From Candidatus Pacearchaeota archaeon (lineage in GTDB: Archaea; Nanobdellota; Nanobdellia; Pacearchaeales; UBA284): a stretch of DNA of 32,000 nucleotides. Location of the stretch: NCBI GenBank assembly GCA_026016245.1, contig CP061211.1:510001-542000 (forward strand), given 5' to 3'. Below the pieces are notes generated by a model. That model did not search any database. It had not been told where the DNA came from and saw only the letters and a program-made list of their open reading frames with translations. Made by a program: the position numbers and the translations under genes. Shown in pieces: positions 8,940 through 15,373 of this stretch (position 1 is its first letter; each line of letters opens with the position of its first letter).

Positions 8940-9809
8940 TTATTTTAATTTCTTAATAGCAGCTGCAACAGCGTCTGAAAGGTCTATTTTTGACGCTGCT
9001 GAAGGAATGCTGTTTGTACTGACAACAATTCCAATTTTTTTTAATTTATTTAAAGCATTTTTAGCAAAAATTCCATGGATTCCAATAAAACAAACCTGCT
9101 TTGCAAGTTTTTTCGCTTCTTTTGCTGCCTCCAGCATTGTGCCGCCTGTTGAAATGATATCATCAATTATTATTGCTGTTTTTACTTTTTTCTTCTCTGC
9201 CTTAATGTTTGAAATTTTAACTTTTTCTGGAGTTAATCTTTTCTTTTTTAGAATTATAGATTTTGTTTTTAGAATATCTGCAATTGGCTCGACCCATTGC
9301 GCACTTTCCTGGTCAGGACCAATCAAAACGAAATCCTTAAAATTCTTTTTAATATAAGCAGATATTTCTTTAGTTGTACTTATTTTTTCTGTATTTGGAA
9401 AAAAAGCCCTTAATCTCTTAAATCTGTGAAGATGTGGCTCAACAATGAAAACCTTATCAAAAATTTTATGAAACTTGGCAATGATCTTTGCACTGATACT
9501 TTCATGCTTTTCAAATCTTTTATCTTCTCTTAAATAAGGGAAATATAAAGCCATAAGAATTAATTTTTTTGATTTTAATTCTTTGGCAGTATGGGCTACC
9601 AATAACATTTCTGTTAATTTGTCGTTTACAGCTGGAAAATAAGATTGTATAAAAATTATTGTTTTTCCCTTGACAGAACTTTTGAATCTGACCTTTAATT
9701 CACCATCTGGAAATTTTTCAACTATTAAATCTGAATAACTTAGCTTGGATTTTTTTGCGACTGCTTTTGCCAGGTTCTTAGCACCTGAACAGCCAATAAT
9801 CACCCCCAT
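8940..9809 (-). CDS. prs: Ribose-phosphate pyrophosphokinase (PRPP synthetase)
   Basis: IIGCSGAKNLAKAVAKKSKLSYSDLIVEKFPDGELKVR, FPYLREDKRF, TAIIIDDIISTGGTMLEAA PRPP motif. Confidence 0.92.
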   Translation of the reverse strand: MGVIIGCSGAKNLAKAVAKKSKLSYSDLIVEKFPDGELKVRFKSSVKGKTIIFIQSYFPAVNDKLTEMLLVAHTAKELKSKKLILMALYFPYLREDKRFEKHESISAKIIAKFHKIFDKVFIVEPHLHRFKRLRAFFPNTEKISTTKEISAYIKKNFKDFVLIGPDQESAQWVEPIADILKTKSIILKKKRLTPEKVKISNIKAEKKKVKTAIIIDDIISTGGTMLEAAKEAKKLAKQVCFIGIHGIFAKNALNKLKKIGIVVSTNSIPSAASKIDLSDAVAAAIKKLK

Positions 9810-9821
9810 TTTTTTATTTTA

Positions 9822-11045
9822 TTATTTTGCTTTTTTCTCTTTTTCAAAAACCTGATTTAAGAGGTTTATCCAATTTAATAAATGTGTTGTAATTAAAAAT
9901 TTATTTTTTACAGTTTCCCTGCCTTGTTTTCCCAGTGTTGCCCTTAATTTTGAATCTTTTAACAGTTTGACTATTCTGGCTGCAAAGCCGTCAAAATCAT
10001 AGGGGCTCAATAAGTAGCCATTCTTTCCGTTAATAATTTGTTCTGTAATGCCACCAACGTTTGATGCCACAACTGGTGTGCCTTTCCAAAGGGCTTCACT
10101 TACAGTTAAACCAAAACCTTCCATAATGGATTTTTGAATAATAACTGAGGCTTTTCTTTGTAATGCATTAACAAGTATATCATTAACAACATTCAAAATA
10201 ATAATGTCTTCCTGGCCACTTACTTTTTTTATTATCTTTTCATAAATTTGCTGACCCATCGGATCATCAAGGGCCATGCACCCTATCAACACAAGTCTAC
10301 AGTCTACTTTTTCCCTGACTTTTTTGAAAATCTTAATCATGCCAAAATGGTCCTTCCATTTGTCAAACCTGCTCACTTGGCAGACAAGGGGTTTATCTGT
10401 CGGAACTCCAAATTTATTAAGATAATGATTGACTGTTCTCTCAGTCAATTCTTTATTTTTTATATCTAAGGGATCAATAGAGGGCTGCATAATTACTTGT
10501 TTTGGTTTTAGGCCTGGCTGTAAAAATTTTTTTGATAAGAATACTGAATAATCATAATGATTGATGAAATTCTTTTTAAGATAATTAAAGACTTCTTTAT
10601 TTGGGTGGCTTGCATCAGAATGACATCGCCAGATCCATGGCTGCCTTTTTTTATAAAATTTGACCAGGGGAAGTGGCTGTATATCATGGATAATAACTGC
10701 ATCATGATGTATGTGTGTGAAAGAACTAAATCTCTCGCAGTTTTCAAGATAAATTTTTTGCTTTTGCTTTGTAAAATGTATTTTTTCACCCTGTATGGCA
10801 TTATAAAATTTTTTTGTTGTTATAAAAAAATCTGGCGGGCCATGCAAAATGCGCCAGCCAACATCTATTCCCAAATTATTCATTAAAGGAATTAAAGAAT
10901 TAAGAATTACAGCAACACCACCCCCCTGATAAGTTGAGTTAATATTCAGAATATGTTTATCACCAAGCTTTTCAGCCCTTTCATGAATCTGACCAAGCTT
11001 TTCAGCTCCAACAAATTTCTTATATTTCTTTAGATTTTCCACCAT
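9822..11045 (-). CDS. GT4 glycosyltransferase, trehalose synthase (TreT)-like
   Basis: HILNINSTYQGGGVAVILNSLIPLMNNLGIDVGWRILHGPPDFFITTKKFYNAIQG, PWIWRCHSDASHPN, KSIMEGFGLTVSEALWKGTPVVASNVGG. Confidence 0.8.
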   Translation of the reverse strand: MVENLKKYKKFVGAEKLGQIHERAEKLGDKHILNINSTYQGGGVAVILNSLIPLMNNLGIDVGWRILHGPPDFFITTKKFYNAIQGEKIHFTKQKQKIYLENCERFSSFTHIHHDAVIIHDIQPLPLVKFYKKRQPWIWRCHSDASHPNKEVFNYLKKNFINHYDYSVFLSKKFLQPGLKPKQVIMQPSIDPLDIKNKELTERTVNHYLNKFGVPTDKPLVCQVSRFDKWKDHFGMIKIFKKVREKVDCRLVLIGCMALDDPMGQQIYEKIIKKVSGQEDIIILNVVNDILVNALQRKASVIIQKSIMEGFGLTVSEALWKGTPVVASNVGGITEQIINGKNGYLLSPYDFDGFAARIVKLLKDSKLRATLGKQGRETVKNKFLITTHLLNWINLLNQVFEKEKKAK

Positions 11046-11053
11046 TGGACCCC

Positions 11054-11090
11054 TTTTTATTTATTCAGCTAACAAATTATTTAAAACTTT
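11054..11090 (-). promoter_or_regulatory. Candidate archaeal promoter for the TreT-to-ROK-kinase operon
   Basis: Reverse complement contains GAAAGTTTTAAATAATTTG about 30-40 nt upstream of the TreT-like ATG, a BRE/TATA-like arrangement. Visual assignment only. Confidence 0.35.
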
Positions 11091-11111
11091 CTAGCCCCTG
11101 TTTATTAGAAA

Positions 11112-11137
11112 ATGGAGATCTTACCTGGAATTGAAAT
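11112..11137 (+). pseudogene. Fragment 1 of the metallophosphoesterase 5' end
   Basis: ATGGAGATCTTACCTGGAATTGAAAT encodes MEILPGIEI, matching the first residues of the intact gene at 12341; homology then stops. Confidence 0.6.
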
Positions 11138-11520
11138 TATTCCTTTCTTGATTTTGCTCCTTCAGAAAGAATTTTCCAAAATTCATTAGTTACAACAATA
11201 TCAAAATCATTGGAGTTATTATAAGAAAGATAATAATATAATTTAGGGTTATAGTAATGTCCCTCTTTACCATAAAGTGACAAATCAAGACCTACAAATT
11301 TACTATAGCAATTATGGGTCCTCCATCCACACGTAGGACAGATACCCTGTACAGCATAATTCTTGGTTTCACTAGTACCTACCCCATCACCACATAATTT
11401 ATGGGTACAATCAAGAATACGCAATTCTATTATTTTTTTATTAATTTGTTTTTTACATTTTACACATATTCCAGATACTAAAGAGGATAGTGTTCTTAGA
11501 GCTTCTTCGTGACCACCCAT
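11137..11520 (-). CDS. Hypothetical Cys-rich protein
   Basis: 127-aa ORF with paired CxxC motifs (CVKC, CPTC) and a TATA-like sequence upstream. Lies exactly between two phosphoesterase 5' fragments. Confidence 0.5.
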   Translation of the reverse strand: MGGHEEALRTLSSLVSGICVKCKKQINKKIIELRILDCTHKLCGDGVGTSETKNYAVQGICPTCGWRTHNCYSKFVGLDLSLYGKEGHYYNPKLYYYLSYNNSNDFDIVVTNEFWKILSEGAKSRKE

Positions 11521-11563
11521 ATTAGAATAAAACCTTTAAACCTGATATTATTTATTGTGATTA

Positions 11564-11686
11564 ATGGAACTTTTACCTGGAATAAAGATCATAAATAAAG
11601 CCCTGTGGCTTTCAAAGCATAAAATTCTGATCATTGCAGATCTTCATCTTGGTTATGAAGAAGCCCTGAACCAGCAGGGAATTAAA
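11564..11686 (+). pseudogene. Fragment 2 of the metallophosphoesterase 5' end
   Basis: Translates MELLPGIKIINKALWLSKHKILIIADLHLGYEEALNQQGI, homologous to MEILPGIEIKGKSLWLPKRKILIIADLHIGYEEALVGEGF of the intact copy at 12341, then truncated. Confidence 0.85.
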
Positions 11687-11695
11687 TGTTTTACT

Positions 11696-11852
11696 CAAGA
11701 AAATTAATGTAGAAACAATTTATGTTGATCTTCCTAGTCCTTTTTCATTTAACTTGATAACACAAGGACATTTTGATTTGATGAAGATTGAGAACAAAAT
11801 TGAATTCCTGAAAAGAATGCATGAAAAAGTTCTGAGGAAAATTAAAAAATAG
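11696..11852 (+). pseudogene. Duplicate of the lhr 3' end (C-terminal about 50 codons and stop)
   Basis: 11696-11806 is base-for-base identical to 5691-5801 (111 bp). 11807-11852 (FLKRMHEKVLRKIKK*) is diverged but homologous to 5802-5844 (FLKRMHKAVLERIK*). Confidence 0.95.
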
Positions 11853-12282
11853 GTTGATAGGTTGGTTTTTTGAAGATTTGTCTATGTTTGTTTATATAAA
11901 GTCTAGCATATTCCCCTATTCTTTTTTTGAATTTATGATTAAAAATAGGTAATAAATCAAACAAGGATTTGTAGTCTTCTATATCATAACATATTGTCTT
12001 TTCATTTGGTATTTTAAATTCTCTTCTTAGTTTGTAATATATTTCTGGGGCAGCTATAATAATCTGATTACTTTCATTAATCATCTTTTGTGTTAAGCGC
12101 GTCATAAACATATATGCTAAAAATTTTGGTGGGTTAAAATAAGGGCTCTTTTCTTTATTTCTGTAACCTGCTTTAACAACTCTTGCCTTTATTTTTTGTT
12201 TTTTAAAACCTATAGAGATTTCTCTTGCGAGATTTCCACTTCTCCAGTGTCCAGCTTCGCAAATAATAAGTAAGGTTTTCAT
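11842..12282 (-). CDS. Low-molecular-weight protein tyrosine phosphatase-like protein
   Basis: N-terminal LLIICEAGHWRSGNLAREI fits a CX5R[S/T] phosphatase loop; ICYDIEDY near the C-terminus. Confidence 0.5.
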   Translation of the reverse strand: MKTLLIICEAGHWRSGNLAREISIGFKKQKIKARVVKAGYRNKEKSPYFNPPKFLAYMFMTRLTQKMINESNQIIIAAPEIYYKLRREFKIPNEKTICYDIEDYKSLFDLLPIFNHKFKKRIGEYARLYINKHRQIFKKPTYQPIF

Positions 12283-12340
12283 AATAAATTAGGAAATGGA
12301 ATATATTTAAATTTAATTGGATTATAAAATAGGAAATAAA

Positions 12341-13048
12341 ATGGAAATTTTGCCTGGAATTGAAATCAAAGGCAAGTCTTTATGGTTGCCAAAAAGAAAA
12401 ATTTTGATTATAGCAGATTTACATATAGGCTATGAAGAAGCTTTGGTTGGGGAAGGTTTTCTTGCACCAAGAACAATGTTTAAAGAGATGAAGAAAGAAC
12501 TACAAGAATTATTAAAATTAAAGCCAAAAATTATTATTATTGATGGCGATTTAAAACATGAGTTTGGTTTGATATCAAGACAAGAATGGCATGAAACATC
12601 AGCTATTTTAGATCTATTGTTGAAAAAATGTAAGGTCATTCTAATTAAAGGAAATCATGATACAATTTTAGAACCAATTGCAAAGAAAAAAGAGCTTTCT
12701 GTTAAAAATTTTTATTGTTTTAATGATGTTTGTGTTTTACATGGGCATAAAATTTTGCTTGATGAAAAGGTTCATGATTCTAAAACTTTGATTATTGCTC
12801 ATGAACATCCTGCTGTAAGTATTAAGGAAGATGTAAAACAAGAAATTTACAAATGTTTCTTGCTTGGGAAGTGGAAAAATAAAAAGTTGGTAGTTATGCC
12901 TTCTTTTTTTACAATTTTTGAAGGAAGTGATGTTAAAAAGGAAAAACTTTTGAGTCCTTTTTTGAATGAGAGAAAAATTAAAAATTTTAAGGTTTTTGTT
13001 TTAGGAGATAAAGTTTATAGATTTGGAAAATTGAAAAATATAAAATAA
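12341..13048 (+). CDS. Lhr-associated calcineurin-like metallophosphoesterase (COG1407-type)
   Basis: ILIIADLHIGYEEA, IIIIDGDLKHEFG, VILIKGNHDTILEP, LIIAHEHPAV motifs. ATG 12341 chosen because it matches both upstream 5' fragments (ORF opens at 12317). Confidence 0.85.
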   Translation: MEILPGIEIKGKSLWLPKRKILIIADLHIGYEEALVGEGFLAPRTMFKEMKKELQELLKLKPKIIIIDGDLKHEFGLISRQEWHETSAILDLLLKKCKVILIKGNHDTILEPIAKKKELSVKNFYCFNDVCVLHGHKILLDEKVHDSKTLIIAHEHPAVSIKEDVKQEIYKCFLLGKWKNKKLVVMPSFFTIFEGSDVKKEKLLSPFLNERKIKNFKVFVLGDKVYRFGKLKNIK

Positions 13049-13072
13049 ATAAAATAAAATAAAAAAGAAAAA

Positions 13073-13792
13073 TTATTTTATCCCAATAACAGCAATATTA
13101 TCATAATAAATGCTTCCATCAGGATCTGTTGCTAAACCTATTGCCCCACTTGTTAATTTAGTAACAGGTTCGAATTCAAAAGCTGTTTGGTCATCAATAT
13201 CTAATTTTCCTTCTTTGACATTGAGTTTTAAAGAGTGCCATTCATCATTATCTATTATTTTATTGTAATCTACCCTCTTTTTTATCTGTGTTCTAGAGCC
13301 ATCACTAACTCTGTAAAGTGTATATTCGACACCTGTTGGTTCTATCTCTGAAGAAATAATATAATAATCTTTGTTATCTCCTGAAACATAGAATGCTATT
13401 TCTGGTCCTATTCCTTTACCTGCTGTATTTATTCTGAAATCCAAGCTTATTGTATAATCTTTCCAAGACTGGCTTCCTGTTGTTAGAATCCTTCCTTTTA
13501 TATTAACCACATTTCCATACTTGCCGCTATCTTGAGCTGTTCCTTCTATAGATGCTTGAAGTTTATCTTCCATAACTGAAGTCCATTTATCTGGTGATGA
13601 ACCTTTGTTGTCATCTGAAAAATCATCTGAAAAAAGCATCTCTATTTGTGGTTGTTGTTGCTGTCCATTGCTTGGGGGTGTTTGTCCGTTTGTTTGGGTT
13701 TCTTCTTCACATCCCGCACCTATCACAAACATGGCTGTTATGAGAATTGTTGCTATCAGTAAAACACTAAAGATTCGTTTTCCCTTAACCAT
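13073..13792 (-). CDS. Predicted secreted/lipid-anchored protein with LamG/DUF1080-like beta-sandwich domain
   Basis: N-terminal IFSVLLIATILITAMFVIGAGCEEE (lipobox-like Cys), low-complexity NGQTPPSNGQQQQP linker, then DDFSDD..W...SWKDYTISLDFRI..GIGLATDPDGSIYYDNIAV. Confidence 0.7.
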   Translation of the reverse strand: MVKGKRIFSVLLIATILITAMFVIGAGCEEETQTNGQTPPSNGQQQQPQIEMLFSDDFSDDNKGSSPDKWTSVMEDKLQASIEGTAQDSGKYGNVVNIKGRILTTGSQSWKDYTISLDFRINTAGKGIGPEIAFYVSGDNKDYYIISSEIEPTGVEYTLYRVSDGSRTQIKKRVDYNKIIDNDEWHSLKLNVKEGKLDIDDQTAFEFEPVTKLTSGAIGLATDPDGSIYYDNIAVIGIK

Positions 13793-13842
13793 AAAATCTT
13801 TGAGGAGAAGAAATTTAAATAACTTTCCTTTCTGTTTGTTGT

Positions 13843-13925
13843 GCTAGGATACCAGAAAGGTAATGGGCCCGGCTCGAACCCGGGTTGGCTTTTAGCCTAT
13901 GGAGGTTCGAATCCTCCTCCTAGCG
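13843..13925 (+). tRNA. tRNA-Ser(CGA)
   Basis: Acceptor GCTAGGA/TCCTAGC, D stem CCA/TGG, anticodon arm CCCGG-CTCGAAC-CCGGG (anticodon CGA), long variable arm TTGGCTTTTAGCC, T arm GGAGG-TTCGAAT-CCTCC, discriminator G. Class II structure. Confidence 0.95.
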
Positions 13926-14219
13926 TTTCTTAAAAAGAGTTGAAATAGTACAAGCTAAGATATAAGGAATTAGAATGATCAAAACAAAATATAAAATATA
14001 AGCTATTGGAGAGTAAACTACCTCTACTCCAGCTAATGCTGATCCAAATATAGAAATTGGCGGCAAACATAAATCACTTACAAATTCTGGAGGATTTGGT
14101 ATTACTGGTCTTACATTGCATGGGAATATCTTAAGATTCATGGTAAGAAGAAAAGTTATAATGATTAACCCTATAAAAATTATAATCTTTAATGTGTTTG
14201 GTTTAAAAAATTTCCACAT
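13920..14219 (-). CDS. Small membrane protein, function unknown
   Basis: Start at ATG 14219: MWKFFKPNTLKIIIFIGLIIITFLL...IAYILYFVLIILIPYILACTISTLFKKR, two hydrophobic segments. The longer track ORF overlaps the upstream gene and is less likely. Confidence 0.6.
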   Translation of the reverse strand: MWKFFKPNTLKIIIFIGLIIITFLLTMNLKIFPCNVRPVIPNPPEFVSDLCLPPISIFGSALAGVEVVYSPIAYILYFVLIILIPYILACTISTLFKKR

Positions 14220-14221
14220 CT

Positions 14222-14671
14222 TTACTTTTTCTTTGGTTTTTCTTCTTTTTTTCCTTTTTCCTGGAATCTTGGTAAGGGAATATGTGGTGGTAGGCCTAGA
14301 TCTTCTTCTAAAACCAAAGCTTTTATGTTGCATTTTGCTAGGATTGTATTTAGAATTCTTATCCTGACATCTGCAGGAATTTCTTTTTTCTTCCAAGCAT
14401 CTAGAATTTGGGTTGTGTCTTTTGGATCTGTAAGATAAAGGACATTTCCTTCAAATATGATATCTGCCACACCCCCAATATGATCTGCAACCCCTTTATA
14501 GAATATTGCAAAGTCAAAATCAAAAGAGAGAACGTCTTTTCCTTTTGTGATTTTTACTGGTTGTTTTTTAACGTCTGTAATATTCATTTTAGTATTTACT
14601 TTAACTTCTCCCCTAACTAACTTCTTTCTCTCTACTAAAATCTTTTTTATATTAAAACCAATTATTGCCAT
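14222..14671 (-). CDS. Conserved-looking hypothetical protein
   Basis: 149-aa ORF spaced 2 nt from the following gene; well-formed protein with charged tail EKGKKEEKPKKK. Confidence 0.7.
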   Translation of the reverse strand: MAIIGFNIKKILVERKKLVRGEVKVNTKMNITDVKKQPVKITKGKDVLSFDFDFAIFYKGVADHIGGVADIIFEGNVLYLTDPKDTTQILDAWKKKEIPADVRIRILNTILAKCNIKALVLEEDLGLPPHIPLPRFQEKGKKEEKPKKK

Positions 14672-14738
14672 CTTTAAAATTGGAAATTTGTACTTTTAAA
14701 TTTTTGCTTGAAAAAGAAAGGAAAAGCATGCCTTAGCT

Positions 14739-14996
14739 TTATCTCATATCCTCTTCACTTACAACAACAAAGTCGCCAATAGCAAGAATCGCTGAATAAG
14801 GCACTAGTAATTCATTGCCTTTTCCTTTTTCAAGGTTTAGCGAAGAAGCATATGCTGTTGGTGAAGTCATAACTATTTGTATTAATTCACCACTTCTTGT
14901 TTCAAAGGTTATGTCTTTTACAATACCTAATCTCTTACCTTCTTTTGTTACAACAAGCTTACCAACAACGTCTTTAGTTGGTTTTCTTTCAACCAT
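14739..14996 (-). CDS. PRC-barrel domain protein
   Basis: DVVGKLVVTKEGKRLGIVKDITFETRSGELIQIVM ... VPYSAILAIGDFVVV is a typical PRC-barrel. Confidence 0.8.
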   Translation of the reverse strand: MVERKPTKDVVGKLVVTKEGKRLGIVKDITFETRSGELIQIVMTSPTAYASSLNLEKGKGNELLVPYSAILAIGDFVVVSEEDMR

Positions 14997-15071
14997 TTTT
15001 TAAAAACTAAACTATATTAACTCTAATGGAAACTTTATATTATTTATAAATTTTTCTCTTTCAGAACACCA

Positions 15072-15295
15072 CCCCCTTCCCTTCTTATGGAAATATTAAA
15101 AAGATTTAAAAAAGGATTTGTTTTTCGGTTTATTAAATATTATTTATAAATATTTATATTATATATTATTATTATAAAAAATATATATTATATATTATAT
15201 ATTTCCATAGGAAACGTAGGGGTTACTTTTGTTTCGTGACGACGCTTTTTTAACAAGCTTTTTAAAATATTATTTCCATAGGAAATATAGGTCAC
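15072..15295. promoter_or_regulatory. Candidate chromosomal replication origin (ORB-like boxes plus AT-rich unwinding element)
   Basis: Plus-strand boxes at 15201-15226 (ATTTCCATAGGAAACGTAGGGG) and 15272-15295 (ATTTCCATAGGAAATATAGG), inverted box at 15072-15096 (reverse complement ATATTTCCATAAGAAGGGAAGGGGG). They flank a 76-nt A/T-only tract (15129-15204), just upstream of orc1/cdc6. Confidence 0.8.
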
Positions 15296-15373
15296 TATGT
15301 GGTTGTTTTAGGACAAAAATATTTATAAGAATGTTTTTGTTAGATAAATATTATTAAGAAAAGACTAAGGAAA

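Noticed and set aside
9007-10886. ORFs 9007-9357, 10248-10469, 10508-10801 (minus, alternative frame) and 10557-10886
   Set aside because: Overlap prs and the TreT-like gene in other frames or on the other strand, with no recognisable domain.
11046-12340. Transposon or integron explanation for the repeated gene ends
   Set aside because: No transposase/integrase ORF, terminal inverted repeats or target-site duplications are visible; the repeats are pieces of lhr and the phosphoesterase, favouring homologous recombination or misassembly.
13041-13063. Short (AAAAT)n run after the phosphoesterase stop
   Set aside because: Simple A/T repeat between convergent genes in an AT-rich genome; not enough to call a terminator or mobile element.
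15110-15200. Long AT-rich stretch considered as a CRISPR leader or integration site
   Set aside because: No repeat-spacer array or integrase nearby; ORB-like boxes and adjacent cdc6 explain it better as oriC.
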